Counted from the stretch's first letter, positions 48,656 to 59,294 are shown. The stretch is 64,000 nucleotides of DNA from Candidatus Brocadiia bacterium (GCA_050015075.1 JBEKCB010000004.1:128001-192000); one strand, 5' to 3'. Made by a program: numbers and translations. Notes: generated from the sequence alone by a model not told the origin.

Positions 48656-50149
48656 TTAGTGCGTGGTGCCGCCGCTCAGGACGTCGATCTGCTCCTGGCC
48701 GTCGAGATAATGCCAGAGGAGGAAACCTTCGCTGGCGCTGAAAAGGTTGAGCGGCGCCGCGCCGGCCACGGTCGAAGTGGGCAGCACGGAGTAGTTCGTG
48801 GCGATGCGCTTCCCCGCATTGGTGGGGTAGGCAATCGTTGCGATGCTGGCGCTGATGTCCGCGTAGTCCAGCGGGATGCCGTCGGCGTTGGCTTCCGACC
48901 AGTTCAGCATAACACCTTCCGTGTCGCTGACCTGCAGCACGTGCCAGTCGCCGTAGAGGACATTGTAAGAGGTTTTGTGCGCGAAAGAGCCGTAGCCGAG
49001 CCGATACTGTGTGGTCAACGTCGGCGAGTAGGTGCCTTCGTTCGCCTCATCCCACTTCGAGAAGGTGTCGGAACAAATCGCGCGCGCGCCCAGGAGCTTC
49101 TGGCTCTTGAACTGCGGGCAGCCGGCGTAGGCCTTGATGCCCGGAGTGGTGGTATCGGTGAAGTCGGCATAGGCCTGATTGGATGAATCCGTCGGGATGC
49201 CGGTGCCGACCGTCGTGAGGGCCGCCGTTGTGTAAGGGACGCCGCCCTTGCCCGCGCCCGTGAAGGCCCGAGACGCGCCGCCCGTGCTGATCGGGACTCC
49301 GCGATAGTTGTACGAGCATTGGAAACCGAAAACGTTGAATTGGTTCTGCCAGCCGTTCCAGAACCCGTTGCCGGTTGAGGTCCCGCCGTAGCCCTGCACC
49401 ATCTGAGGGTAGTTGCCGCCGCGCAGCGCGTCCGCATCCAGCAGGCCGGTGTTCATCATCAGGGTGGACAGGTCGCCTTTTGAGAGGCCGGCATTCGCAG
49501 CGCCCGCATCCGGCGGCATGCCCGGCGAGGACGGGCAGATGAACACTTTGGCGTCCTCGATGTAAGCGCCCGTGAGCAGGTAGCCAAGGCCGACCGGGCC
49601 GGCGAAGCACGCCTTTCCGGCTTGTGGAGGCGTCCCCGGGACCGTGGATCCATAGTAGATCGTCGGCGATCCGAAGAATATCGTCCTGAAAAAGTTCACG
49701 CCGGGGAACGCGAGGCCGCAGGGTATGCCGACGGGCTCTCCGCGGCCGAGTGCCGCCAGGCTTAAAGGCTCGTCCGTCACGACCGAAGGTTCGCCCGTCA
49801 CGGGCGATTTGTCGTAGGGGATGAGGCCCGTCATCTGGCACGTATACGCCGAACCGTTGATGTTCGTCTTGTAAGTGACTTGGCCGCTTCCCGCCTGGGT
49901 CGTGCTGCTCGGGTCGATTCCATAGCCCGGATAACAGGGGAAGTAGCCGGCGAAATCAGCACAGTACGATTCCAACGCCTTCGAGAACTGGTTGAGGTTG
50001 TTGAGGCACGCAATGCGGCGCGCCTTCTCCCTTGCCGACGTCAGCGCCGGCAGCAGCAAGGCGGCCAGGATGCCGATAATCGCAATCACCACCAGCATCT
50101 CGATCAACGTGAAGGCCGCTGAACGCCTGGCGCGATTTCCGACTTGCAT
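48656..50149 (-). CDS. Prepilin-type N-terminal cleavage/methylation protein (DUF1559-like)
   Basis: [42 protein letters not shown]9-DW. Confidence 0.92.
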   Translation of the reverse strand: MQVGNRARRSAAFTLIEMLVVIAIIGILAALLLPALTSAREKARRIACLNNLNQFSKALESYCADFAGYFPCYPGYGIDPSSTTQAGSGQVTYKTNINGSAYTCQMTGLIPYDKSPVTGEPSVVTDEPLSLAALGRGEPVGIPCGLAFPGVNFFRTIFFGSPTIYYGSTVPGTPPQAGKACFAGPVGLGYLLTGAYIEDAKVFICPSSPGMPPDAGAANAGLSKGDLSTLMMNTGLLDADALRGGNYPQMVQGYGGTSTGNGFWNGWQNQFNVFGFQCSYNYRGVPISTGGASRAFTGAGKGGVPYTTAALTTVGTGIPTDSSNQAYADFTDTTTPGIKAYAGCPQFKSQKLLGARAICSDTFSKWDEANEGTYSPTLTTQYRLGYGSFAHKTSYNVLYGDWHVLQVSDTEGVMLNWSEANADGIPLDYADISASIATIAYPTNAGKRIATNYSVLPTSTVAGAAPLNLFSASEGFLLWHYLDGQEQIDVLSGGTTH

Positions 50150-50334
50150 GAGGTTTCCTTTTTCTCTCGAACGTGGTGCGACTGCGTACCATTAAGCAAT
50201 GCTAGTGTTTCGTTCAGCCTTAGTCAAGTCAAGCGGGAAAGCCGATTTCCAAGAGGTTCTTGCGCATCGCTGAGATGCCGGGTAAGATGCGGTGCGTGGA
50301 ACGCTGCGCGCAATCCGGCACGGGAGGCAACCCC

Positions 50335-51468
50335 ATGAGCAGCGAGCGGAAGAAAGTTCTGATCCTCTCCGTCAAGGCCGGCGCCGGCCACATACGGGCT
50401 GCGGCGGCCATGGAGCAGGTACTCAAAGAGACCCATCCGGAGGTCGAGACACACAACGTCGAGGCGCTTGAATACACCAATCCCGCATTCCAGGCCAGTT
50501 TCACGAGCGCGTACAACAAGCTCGCCTCCGACCTGCCTTCGGTCTGGGGAATCATCTACGAGCAGATGAACAAGAAGTCCTCCGCGAAATCGAAGAAGTT
50601 TGCGGCGCTCATTGACCGGTTGAACGCCACACCGATCGTCCGCATGGTCCGCCGGCACGCGCCCGACGCCATCATCTGCACGCACTACCTGCCCGGCGAA
50701 ATCCTCGGCCCGCTCCGGCGCAAAGGCAAGCTGGCCGCGCCGCTGTTCGTGACGCTGACCGACTACGACATCCACGCGATGTGGATTCAGGAAGGCGTGG
50801 ACCGGTACTTCGTCGCGACCGACGAAATGGCGCACGCGCTCCAGGAAACGGGAATCGGCAGCGCGAAAGTCAGCGTGACGGGAATCCCGATCATGCCGGT
50901 CTTCTCGCAGCCGCAACTCGCGCCGCGGGCGATGCGGCTGAAGCTCGGCCTGCGCGCGGAGCCGCCGACGGTCCTCCTCTCGGCCGGCGGGTTCGGCCTG
51001 AAGCGCGTGGATGAAACCGTCGCCATGCTCGCCGACGCCGTGGACGACGTGCAGCTCGTCGCGCTGGCGGGAAGGAACCAGAAACTCGAAAAGGCGCTGC
51101 GAGCCGTCGCGGCGTCGCGGCCGGGCAAGATCGTGCCGATGGGTTTCGCCGGGAACATGCACGAACTCATGGCCGCCAGCGATTTCGTCGTCTCGAAGAG
51201 CGGCGGCCTGACGTGCGCCGAATGCCTGGCGATGGGCGTCCCGATGGTGGTTTTTAATCCGATCCCCGGGCAGGAAGAGCGCAACGCGGATTACCTGCTC
51301 GAGAACGGCGTGGCGCTCCGCGCCAGCTCCGCCGCGCACCTGGTTTACAAAGTGCGCCGCCTGCTGACCGACTCGGCGCTCCTCGCCCGCATGAAGAGCG
51401 CCACGCAACAGATCGCCCGCCCGCGCGCGGCGTTCGAGATCGTCGAGACCGTGCTCAGTTGCATCTGA
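50335..51468 (+). CDS. MGDG synthase/UgtP-like glycosyltransferase (GT28)
   Basis: GAGHIRAA, CTHYLP, TDYDIHAMW, TGIPI, SKSGGLT..E, PIPGQEERNA. Confidence 0.9.
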   Translation: MSSERKKVLILSVKAGAGHIRAAAAMEQVLKETHPEVETHNVEALEYTNPAFQASFTSAYNKLASDLPSVWGIIYEQMNKKSSAKSKKFAALIDRLNATPIVRMVRRHAPDAIICTHYLPGEILGPLRRKGKLAAPLFVTLTDYDIHAMWIQEGVDRYFVATDEMAHALQETGIGSAKVSVTGIPIMPVFSQPQLAPRAMRLKLGLRAEPPTVLLSAGGFGLKRVDETVAMLADAVDDVQLVALAGRNQKLEKALRAVAASRPGKIVPMGFAGNMHELMAASDFVVSKSGGLTCAECLAMGVPMVVFNPIPGQEERNADYLLENGVALRASSAAHLVYKVRRLLTDSALLARMKSATQQIARPRAAFEIVETVLSCI

Positions 51469-51491
51469 ATCGGCGCCCTTCCGGTCCCCCG

Positions 51492-52397
51492 CTACGCCCG
51501 CATCTCGATCACGCGCAGCGCCGCGGGCGCCACGTCCACCTCCACCGGCGTCCAGCCTGCCGCGTCGCCGTCCACCTGCACCGGCAGCGGCTGCTGCGAC
51601 GTGATGCGCAGCCGCACCGCCGTCCCGTGGTGGACATCGTTTCGCCGCAGGTGCCGCCGCCGCGCCGCGGCCTGGAGATACAGCAGCAGGTTCCGCAGGC
51701 CCGGCCGCTCGAACACCACCCAGTTCAGCCGGCCGTCGTCGTCGCGCGCCTCCGGCGCCAGCGGGAGCCCGAGCGCGTATCGCGGCAGGTTGAAAACGAA
51801 CGCGTGCGTCCCCGCGACGCGCACGCCGTCCGCTTCGAGTTCCAGGCGCCCGTACGAATATCCCGCAATCGCTTCGAGGATCCGGCCGACGTAGCTCCAA
51901 TACGTGACGCGCTTGAGCTTGCGGCCGTGCGCGCGCCAGAGCGCCAGCCGGCGGATGACCTCCGCATCGAAGCCGACGCCGATCATGGAGCTGAAGCGCC
52001 GGCCGTTCGCGTGGCCCAGGTCCACAGAGCGCACGCGCCCCTGCGCGATCGCGCTGACGAGGCGCTCCTCGTCGGACGAAAAGCCGAACGCCTGGGCAAA
52101 GACATTTTCCGTGCCGAGCGGCAGGACGGCTATCGGCACGCGAGGACGTTCATTGATGAGGTCGGCGACCGTGCCGTCGCCGCCGGCTGCGACGACGCAG
52201 TTCCAATTCGCGGCATGGTTCGGGTCGGCCAGTTCAGCGGTGCGCTCGCTGCGGTGCCAGAGTTCCTTCGGCTCGAAACCCGCGCGGCCGAGCGCCTCCG
52301 CCAGTGCGGCGACGCGCCGCCGGTTCGCCAGGGAGCCGCTGTAGGGATTTGCCACGATCAGAACGCCGCGCGCGTCGCCGGTGTCATTGCCCGCCAT
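51492..52397 (-). CDS. Diacylglycerol/lipid kinase family protein
   Basis: ANPYSG, GGDGTV, LPLGTEN.FA, GVGFDA, QVDGD. Confidence 0.88.
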   Translation of the reverse strand: MAGNDTGDARGVLIVANPYSGSLANRRRVAALAEALGRAGFEPKELWHRSERTAELADPNHAANWNCVVAAGGDGTVADLINERPRVPIAVLPLGTENVFAQAFGFSSDEERLVSAIAQGRVRSVDLGHANGRRFSSMIGVGFDAEVIRRLALWRAHGRKLKRVTYWSYVGRILEAIAGYSYGRLELEADGVRVAGTHAFVFNLPRYALGLPLAPEARDDDGRLNWVVFERPGLRNLLLYLQAAARRRHLRRNDVHHGTAVRLRITSQQPLPVQVDGDAAGWTPVEVDVAPAALRVIEMRA

Positions 52398-52516
52398 CGC
52401 TTAACCCGACCACACATGACGGGCGAGTGACGAGTTCCACGCTCGGGACTCGCCACTCGCCGTTGCTCGGTGTCCTTGTGTCTTCTATGCCGGAAATCCA
52501 AGCTGATCCGGGAATC

Positions 52517-53284
52517 CTAACGCGTTCCCCTTCCCAGCCCTTGCTTGGTCAGCCAGGCGCAGCTCTCTCGAGCCGCCGTCACCATGTCCGTCGCGCAGCT
52601 ATCCAGCTCCACCACCAGCCATTGGAGCACCTTCGGATCGGCGGCGCGGACGCAGCCGGCCACGTCCATCTTGCCCGCGCCCACCGCCGTGTGCGGCTGA
52701 TCTTTGACCAGCGGCCCGTCCTTGATGTGGAGCAGCGGCATGCGGCTGCGATACTTCTTGATGACCTCCGGCACTTTCACCGCGCCGAAATTCGCCGCCC
52801 AGTAGGTGTCCAACTCGCCGAAAATATCCGGCGCCTGCTCCATCAGCAGGTCGTACTTGTACCGGCCGCCCTCGACGTCGAATTCCCACCAGTGGTTATG
52901 ATAGCCGAACCGCAGCCCGTGCGGTTTCAGCAGCTCGGCGGCCTTCTGAAGCTCCGCCGCCACGGTCTTCACGCCGTCCGGCCCCTTGAACTTGTCCGGC
53001 CCCCGGTTGGTGATGATCATTTTGTAGCCGAGCGCGTTGGCGGTCTCCACCGTCTCCTTGAGATTCTCCGCCGTCGGCAGGCCCACGTGCGCGGAGGAGG
53101 CGACCAGCCCGAGGTCGTCGAGCATCTTGCGCACCTCGGCCGCCTTCTTGCCGTACAGCCCGGCCATCTCGACACCGACGTAGCCGCTCGCGGCGACTTC
53201 TTTGAGCGTCTTGAGCAGGTCCTTCTCCGCCTCCTTGCGCAGCGTGTAAAGCTGAATACTGACCGGCGGCTTCTGCTTCGCCAT
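52517..53284 (-). CDS. Sugar phosphate isomerase/epimerase (TIM barrel)
   Basis: QLYTLR, GVEMAG, YHNHWWEF, ELDTYW, HIKD, VELD. Confidence 0.88.
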   Translation of the reverse strand: MAKQKPPVSIQLYTLRKEAEKDLLKTLKEVAASGYVGVEMAGLYGKKAAEVRKMLDDLGLVASSAHVGLPTAENLKETVETANALGYKMIITNRGPDKFKGPDGVKTVAAELQKAAELLKPHGLRFGYHNHWWEFDVEGGRYKYDLLMEQAPDIFGELDTYWAANFGAVKVPEVIKKYRSRMPLLHIKDGPLVKDQPHTAVGAGKMDVAGCVRAADPKVLQWLVVELDSCATDMVTAARESCAWLTKQGLGRGTR

Positions 53285-53301
53285 GGCGTCCTCCCTCTGA
53301 A

Positions 53302-53691
53302 TTATGCCGGAACAGCCTTGTGAGCGTACACGATGACGCCCGTGCGGCCCTCCGAGCGAATCTTGCGGAATTCCAGGCGCACCTTCATTCCCATCTTCAT
53401 GTCCTCGGGCGCGACGTCCGCCACCTGGGCGGTCAGGCGCGTCGTGTCTTCCATCTCGATCACGGCGACGACGTAAGGCACTTCCTGCGCGAAGGCGGGC
53501 GGCGCGACGCGGATCACGCTGTACGTCAGCACCTTGCCCGACTGCGCCATCGGCTTCATCTCGAACTCGCGCCCGCGGCAGCCGTCGCAGACCTGGCGCG
53601 GCGGAAAGTGCATCTTCCCGCACCCCTTGCACCGGGCGACTTCGTTCAAAAGGCGCTGCCGCCGTTCGCGCCAGACGCGGACTGTGCTCAT
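53302..53691 (-). CDS. DUF35 Zn-ribbon/OB-fold protein (thiolase-HMGCS scaffold)
   Basis: CKGCG..FPPR.VCDGC and GKVLTYS, PYVVAVIE. Adjacent to the thiolase. Confidence 0.92.
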   Translation of the reverse strand: MSTVRVWRERRQRLLNEVARCKGCGKMHFPPRQVCDGCRGREFEMKPMAQSGKVLTYSVIRVAPPAFAQEVPYVVAVIEMEDTTRLTAQVADVAPEDMKMGMKVRLEFRKIRSEGRTGVIVYAHKAVPA

Positions 53692-53692
53692 T

Positions 53693-54850
53693 TCAGATCA
53701 GCTCCAATACGTGCACCACCGAACTTCCGCCGCTGCCGCCCATGTTCTGGGTCAGGCCGATCCGCGCGTTGCGGACCTGGCGCTCGCCGGCCTCGCCGCG
53801 CAGTTGCGTCACCACCTCGTTGATCTGCGCAACGCCGGTGGCGCCGACCGGATGGCCCTTCGACTTCAGGCCGCCGCTCGTGTTGACCGGCGATCGGCCG
53901 TCGCGCGCGGTCAGTCCGCTGCGCGCCGCGTCGCCGCCCTGCCCGCGCGGCACGAATCCCAGTTCCTCGATCGCGCACACCTCGGCGATCGTGAAGCAGT
54001 CGTGCACCTCCGCCAGGTGGATATCCGCGGGCTTGCGCTTCGCCATCTTGAGCGCGATCTGCCCGGACCGCTCGACCGCCGGCAACCTCGTCAGGTCGGC
54101 GCGGCGATAGAGCGCCAGGCTGTCGGTCGCGTGGCCGACCCCGGCGATCCGCACCGGCGCCTTCTTCGCCATCTTTTTCGCCAGTTCGAGCGGACACAGG
54201 ATCGCCGCCGCCGCGCCGTCGGTCACGGGCGAGCAATCGAGAATGTGCAGCGGGTCGGCGACCATCATCGAATCGAGCACGTCCTCCACGGTGATCCGGT
54301 TCCGGAACTGCGCCAGCGGGTTGAGCGCCCCGTTCGCGTGGTTCTTCACTGCGATCGCGGCGAGTTGCTCGCTGGTGGTGCCGTATCGCTCCATGTGCGC
54401 GCGCGCGATCATGGCGTAGAGCCCGGGGAACGTCACGCCGTGGAACGCCTCGTAGTCCTGGTCGGCGGCCGTCGCGAGCGCGGCCGTGCAAACGTCGCCG
54501 GCCACGTCGGTCATCTTCTCGACGCCCATCGCCAGCACGACGTCGCTCAGGCCGCTGGCGACCTCGATGAAGGCCGACCGCACCGCCAGTCCGCCCGAGG
54601 CGCAGGCCGATTCCACGCGCGTCGCCGGGATCGGCCCCAGGCCCAGGAAGTCCGAGGCCAGGCTCGCCAGGTGCTCTTGCTCGGCGAACAGGCCGCTCGA
54701 CATGCAGCCGACGTACATCGAGTCCACGTGGTCCACGCCCGCGTCGGCGATCGCCTTGAGCCCCGCCTCGACCATCAGATCGCGCAGCGATTTTTCCCAA
54801 AGCTCGCCGAACCGCGTCATCCCGATCCCGATAATCGCAACGTCCCGCAT
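53693..54850 (-). CDS. Acetoacetyl-CoA thiolase, archaeal/SCP2-like type
   Basis: [36 protein letters not shown]. Confidence 0.93.
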   Translation of the reverse strand: MRDVAIIGIGMTRFGELWEKSLRDLMVEAGLKAIADAGVDHVDSMYVGCMSSGLFAEQEHLASLASDFLGLGPIPATRVESACASGGLAVRSAFIEVASGLSDVVLAMGVEKMTDVAGDVCTAALATAADQDYEAFHGVTFPGLYAMIARAHMERYGTTSEQLAAIAVKNHANGALNPLAQFRNRITVEDVLDSMMVADPLHILDCSPVTDGAAAAILCPLELAKKMAKKAPVRIAGVGHATDSLALYRRADLTRLPAVERSGQIALKMAKRKPADIHLAEVHDCFTIAEVCAIEELGFVPRGQGGDAARSGLTARDGRSPVNTSGGLKSKGHPVGATGVAQINEVVTQLRGEAGERQVRNARIGLTQNMGGSGGSSVVHVLELI

Positions 54851-54887
54851 CGTCCGCCGCTCCACAATTCAATTTCGAAAACGCCGG

Positions 54888-55946
54888 TCAATCCTCTTCG
54901 CGCGCGATCTTGCTGCGGAACCGCGCGTAGCGCGTGTAATCGAGCTGCACGGTCGGCTTCGCGAGAATCTCCTCGACGGTTGGCCCGCGGCCGCGGACCT
55001 CCGCGATCAGGCCGGTGACCGTGAAGACGAACGCGTCGCTGCCCGCGCCCGATCCGTACGAGACCATGAAGATTTTCTGCCCCGGCTTCGCTACGTCGAG
55101 CACTGCGCAGAGCCCGAGCGGCGACGCGCCGCTGTACACGTTGCCGATGCGCGGCGACAGAAGCCCCGCGCGGCATTGCTCCTTCGAGAACCCGAGCAGT
55201 TGCCCCGCGCGGACCGGGAACTTGCCGTTCGGCTGATGGAAGATCGCGTGCGCGAAGTCGCCGACCTTCATGCCGGTCTGTTCGAGCAGCTTCCGCGCCG
55301 CCGTCATCGTGTGATGGAAATAGCCCGGCTCGCCCGTGAAGCGCCCGCCGTGCCGCGGGAACCGCTCCTCCTCGCGGCGCCAGAAGTCGGGCGTGTCCGT
55401 GGTGTAGGCGAGCGACGCGTCCATCGTCGCCACAACGCCTTCGCGCCCGAAGATGAAGGCCGCGGCGCCGGCGGCGGTGGCGAACTCGAGCGGGTCGCCC
55501 GGCGCGCCCTGAGCGGTGTCGGAGCCGATCGCCAGGGCGCACTCCACCGCGCCCGCCTCGACCAGGCGCGAGCACAGGTACATCGCCTCGGTGCCCGCCT
55601 TGCAGGCGAACTCCAAGTCCGCGGTGTGGATCCAGCGGGTCGTCCCGATCGCCTCGGAGACGACGGTGCTGCTGGGCTTCACGGCGTACGGATGCGACTC
55701 GGAGCCGATGTAGATCGCGCCGATCTTTGCCGGATCGGTTGCTCCGCGCCGGATCGCGCGGCGCGCCGCCTCGACCGCCAGCGTGATGCAGTCCTGGTCG
55801 CGCGCGGCGACGGACTTCTCCTCCATGCCGAGTCCCTTGCGATAGATCTCGGCCTCCCATCCCCACGCGCGCGCGACTTCAGAGGTCTTGATGCGATAGC
55901 GCGGGATGTACGCGCCATAGCCCACGATTCCGACCGGGTCCTTCAT
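54888..55946 (-). CDS. HMG-CoA synthase, archaeal type
   Basis: GSESHPYAVKP, DLEFACKAGT, DTPDFWRR, FHQPNGKFP, IGNVYSG, SYGSGAGSD. Confidence 0.93.
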   Translation of the reverse strand: MKDPVGIVGYGAYIPRYRIKTSEVARAWGWEAEIYRKGLGMEEKSVAARDQDCITLAVEAARRAIRRGATDPAKIGAIYIGSESHPYAVKPSSTVVSEAIGTTRWIHTADLEFACKAGTEAMYLCSRLVEAGAVECALAIGSDTAQGAPGDPLEFATAAGAAAFIFGREGVVATMDASLAYTTDTPDFWRREEERFPRHGGRFTGEPGYFHHTMTAARKLLEQTGMKVGDFAHAIFHQPNGKFPVRAGQLLGFSKEQCRAGLLSPRIGNVYSGASPLGLCAVLDVAKPGQKIFMVSYGSGAGSDAFVFTVTGLIAEVRGRGPTVEEILAKPTVQLDYTRYARFRSKIAREED

Positions 55947-55977
55947 CCGGAATTCTCCGAACAAACAACGACCAGCT

Positions 55978-56136
55978 TGACCGCGAAAGCGCGAAAACGC
56001 GAAAACGACAACGGAATACAACTTTGAACCACAGATGAACACAGATAAGCACAGATACGAAATTCTTTATCTGTGAACATCTGAGTCCATCTGTGGTTTA
56101 AATTCTTCTTTCGCGTTTTCGCGCTTTCGCGGTCAA
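55978..56136. repeat. Nested inverted-repeat element, copy 2
   Basis: Perfect 28-bp arms TTGACCGCGAAAGCGCGAAAACGCGAAA. Inner CACAGAT 10-mer arms. Confidence 0.93.
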
Positions 56137-56179
56137 ATAATTTGCGGTTGCCGTTTTTCGTTTCTTCACGGTTCCGCGG

Positions 56180-57040
56180 TTAACGGACCGCGGTCCCGGC
56201 CTCGCCGCCGCACAGTGCCGACTCGACCGTCCCGGCGACCAGGCCCGAAACGATCCGCGCGTCGAGGCCGCGAATCCTCTGCGCGATCTTGTACAACCGC
56301 TCGACCTTCCCGAGCATTCCACCGGTCACGTCCGGCCGGTCCGCGCGCTGCGGGACTGCGGCGCGAAGAGCGCGGCGGATTCCCGTGATGTTCTTCCGGT
56401 CCACGCATCGCACACAGTCCGCTGCGCGCTCGTGGACGGCCGGCGGCGCTGGAGAGAGGCGGCGTGGAGCAGCAAGATACACACCTTCCACGTCGCATGC
56501 AAGTATGATCCGCTCCGGATGCAGCCGGCCGGCCAGAAAATCGAAGAGTTCCTCCGTGCTCAGAATCGTGAAACCGCGGCGCTCATCGAGCACCGCATCG
56601 CCGTGGATCAGCGGAATCTGGCCGTCTTTCAACAGCGCGCGGATGACTCGCAGGTCCCAGCGGCGCACCTTGCCGTCGCGCGCGATCAGCTCCGCGCTGG
56701 GGCTGACGAGGGCCGGACGCAGCCCGCCGCGCGCCAGGGCGTCGAGCACGCGCGCATTCATCTCCAGCACGCCGCGCCGCGTCTCCGCGAACCCGCGCCA
56801 TCCGCCGCCGCCGGCCAGCCCTTCGCGCGTATGGTGCCGCTTCGCCGGGAAATGCGCGAACCCGCCGCCGCCGTGCGCCAGCAGAAGCCGCATCTGAGGA
56901 CGCCGCTCCAGCGCGCGCCCGATTTCGCCCGCCAACCGCTCGACCGCCGCCCGCCGGAACGCCCGCCGCCGCCGCTTGTCGCCCAGCAGCGATCCGCCGA
57001 GCTTCAGGAAGACAAGCGAAGCCGACCCGGATTCCTTCAC
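56180..57040 (-). CDS. Isopentenyl phosphate kinase
   Basis: LKLGGSLLGDK, HGGGGFAH (IPK signature His), HGDAV, DVTGGMLGKV. Located inside the mevalonate cluster. Confidence 0.88.
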   Translation of the reverse strand: MKESGSASLVFLKLGGSLLGDKRRRRAFRRAAVERLAGEIGRALERRPQMRLLLAHGGGGFAHFPAKRHHTREGLAGGGGWRGFAETRRGVLEMNARVLDALARGGLRPALVSPSAELIARDGKVRRWDLRVIRALLKDGQIPLIHGDAVLDERRGFTILSTEELFDFLAGRLHPERIILACDVEGVYLAAPRRLSPAPPAVHERAADCVRCVDRKNITGIRRALRAAVPQRADRPDVTGGMLGKVERLYKIAQRIRGLDARIVSGLVAGTVESALCGGEAGTAVR

Positions 57041-57079
57041 GAACCCGCCTCCATCACTACCGCGAAAACGACGGCATCT

Positions 57080-57258
57080 TTAACCGCGAAAACGCGAAAG
57101 CGCGAAAAACGGAAACGTCAAATGGATTTGGAACCACAGATGGACACAGATGAATGCAGTCAAGAAATTACGTATCTGTGTTCATCTGTGTCCATCTGTG
57201 GTTTAAATTCTTCCGTGTTTTAAATTCTTCTTTCGCGTTTTCGCGTTTTCGCGGTCAA
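57080..57258. repeat. Nested inverted-repeat element, copy 3
   Basis: Same arms and spacers as copies 1, 2, 4 and 5. Confidence 0.93.
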
Positions 57259-57300
57259 ACAATCCGTAGTTGCCGTTTTTCGTTTCTCAGCGGTCCGCGG

Positions 57301-58275
57301 TCAAGCCAGGTGCGCGCCCGGCCCGGCGTGGTCGGTCAGGACCTCACAGCCGGTCTCGCGCGCGATCTCATCGGCGACCCGCACGGCATCCTTTTTGAGC
57401 GTGAGGACGTGGACGTTCGGGCCTGCGTCAATGGTGAAGTACGCCTCGATGCCGCGCTTTCGAAGTCCGTACACGGCGCGGATCGCCTCGAGTGTGCCGG
57501 CGGTCCAATAGATCAGCGGCGGCGTCGAGGTCAGCATCACCGCGTGCATCGAAAGCGCATCCTCCTCGGCGGCTTCGCCCAGGAGCGCCAGGTCGCGGCG
57601 CAGGATGCCCTGTCGCACGCGGCCGGCGCGATCGGGAATCGCCGCCAGGCGACCCGTGAACGCCTCGCTCGTGTGGGCGATCCGGTGCCCTTCCGCGGAA
57701 GAGACCGTCTTCTCCTCGCGCGAGACCAGCGCGATGAGGTCGCACAGTTCCGGCCAGTGCGTTTCCGGCGCGATGGGCTCGGCGAAGGATTCTTCGTGAG
57801 TCGTCCCCGGATGCAGTTCCACGAATCCGCCCGGCACCGAGCGCGCGGCCGATCCGGAGCCGAGCCGCGCGATCCGCGAAAGCTCCGCCGCATCCGCCCG
57901 GATGCCGTACGCCGCCGAGGCCGCCACGGCCAGCGCGGCGAACCCGGAGGCGGATGAGGCGATCCCGCAGCCGGTCGGAAAACTGTTCTGCGAGGTGACC
58001 CGCGCGCTCTCTTTCCGGCCGGCGATCCGCCGGACGCGGTCCAGGAACAGGCCGATCCGGCGCGCGGATTTTTCGCCCGGCGGCGCGCCATCGAGCCGGA
58101 TCTCATCGCGCGAAGCGCTCTCGTCCAGGAGCGCGACCATCGTCGTCGTGACGCACGCGGAAAGCGTCATCGAGATGCTCGGGTTCAGCGGCAGGTTGTC
58201 CGCGCCGGGCCGGTTTCCCCAGTACTTGATGAACGCGATGTTGGCGCCGGCCAGCGCGGTGACGTTCGAAGCCAA
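57301..58275 (-). CDS. mvaD: MvaD-family decarboxylase (probably mevalonate-5-phosphate decarboxylase)
   Basis: ANIAFIKYWG, NPSISMTL, NSFPTGCGIASSASGFAAL, GSGSAARS, TIDAGPNVH. Confidence 0.9.
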   Translation of the reverse strand: MASNVTALAGANIAFIKYWGNRPGADNLPLNPSISMTLSACVTTTMVALLDESASRDEIRLDGAPPGEKSARRIGLFLDRVRRIAGRKESARVTSQNSFPTGCGIASSASGFAALAVAASAAYGIRADAAELSRIARLGSGSAARSVPGGFVELHPGTTHEESFAEPIAPETHWPELCDLIALVSREEKTVSSAEGHRIAHTSEAFTGRLAAIPDRAGRVRQGILRRDLALLGEAAEEDALSMHAVMLTSTPPLIYWTAGTLEAIRAVYGLRKRGIEAYFTIDAGPNVHVLTLKKDAVRVADEIARETGCEVLTDHAGPGAHLA

Positions 58276-58334
58276 GATTCACTCCGGAAAACGAGGAAGC
58301 ATGAATGATTAACGGCGAAGCACTTCTTCATTCA

Positions 58335-59294
58335 TCATTCAAACTTCGGACTATCCCCGAGGCTGGTGGTGATGGTGCTTTCGGCGCCGGCGAGCCGCAG
58401 CTCGGCGGCGATGCGTTCCTCGCCGGCCTCGTCATCCACCAGCGCGATCATCGCGCCGCCCCGGCCCGCGCCGGAGAGCTTCGCCCCGAGCGCGCCTTTC
58501 CGCAACGCGACTTCGACGAGCCGGTCCAGCTCCGGGCTGGAGACGCCGACGTGCCGCAGGATGCTGTGCGAGTGCGTCATGCAGACGCCGAGTTCGGCGG
58601 CCGACCCGCTGCGGATCACCTCGCGCGCGACGCTGGCCATCGAGCCGAGTTCCCAGAAATACGAATCGTACCGCGCCCGGTCCTTGTCGCGCGCCGCGCT
58701 CACGTCCTCGACGACCTGGAGCGTGGGCGATTCGATCCCCGTGTCGCCCACGATAAACCGGAAGCGGTTGGCGCCGACGGCGATTTCCTGCGGCGGCTTG
58801 CCGCGCACGAAATAGACCGGCTCGCCTTGCGCGACGACCGCGCAATCCACGCCGCTGGGGTTGCCGTGGAACTCGCGCTCCGCCTCGATCGCCAGCTCGC
58901 AGACCTGCTCCGTGGCGAGCTTGCGGCCGAGCGCACCGCAGACGCCGCGCACCAGGGCGACGGCGATCGCCGCCCCGCTGCCCATGCCGCGCCGCATCGG
59001 GATCGTCGAGTGCAGCCGGATGCGCATCCCCTGCTTCTGCTCGCCGAAGAGCCCTGCCACCGACTCGGCGAGCCGGTACAGCGGCGCCAGGCGCTCGGAC
59101 GCCTCTTCCGCGCTGTGGACGCGCTCCTTCAACTCGTCCGAGCTCATCTCGATCCCGACGCTCGGCGTCAGTTCGACCTCCGCGCGCGCGCGGACTCCCC
59201 GGAGCGGAATCGCGATGGCCGGATGGCCGTAGACCACCGCATGCTCGCCGATCAATAGGATTTTGCCCGGGGCTTCGCCCGACGCATTCGTCAT
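58335..59294 (-). CDS. mvk: Mevalonate kinase
   Basis: PGKILLIGEHAVVYGHPAIA, PMRRGMGSGAA, HGNPSGVD, GAKLSGAGRGG. Confidence 0.94.
   Translation of the reverse strand: MTNASGEAPGKILLIGEHAVVYGHPAIAIPLRGVRARAEVELTPSVGIEMSSDELKERVHSAEEASERLAPLYRLAESVAGLFGEQKQGMRIRLHSTIPMRRGMGSGAAIAVALVRGVCGALGRKLATEQVCELAIEAEREFHGNPSGVDCAVVAQGEPVYFVRGKPPQEIAVGANRFRFIVGDTGIESPTLQVVEDVSAARDKDRARYDSYFWELGSMASVAREVIRSGSAAELGVCMTHSHSILRHVGVSSPELDRLVEVALRKGALGAKLSGAGRGGAMIALVDDEAGEERIAAELRLAGAESTITTSLGDSPKFE

Noticed and set aside
48940-48985. H-X9-DW instead of H-X9-DG in the prepilin-like protein
   Set aside because: A single-residue variant in a highly variable family is not enough to claim novelty.
56180-57040. 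Second argB or uridylate kinase
   Set aside because: The IPK-type His motif and the mevalonate context fit isopentenyl phosphate kinase better.
52421-58341. Short degenerate inverted heptamers at 52421-52462 (GGCGAGT) and 58300-58341 (ATGAATG)
   Set aside because: Probably further heptamer-repeat families, but too short and degenerate to call with confidence.
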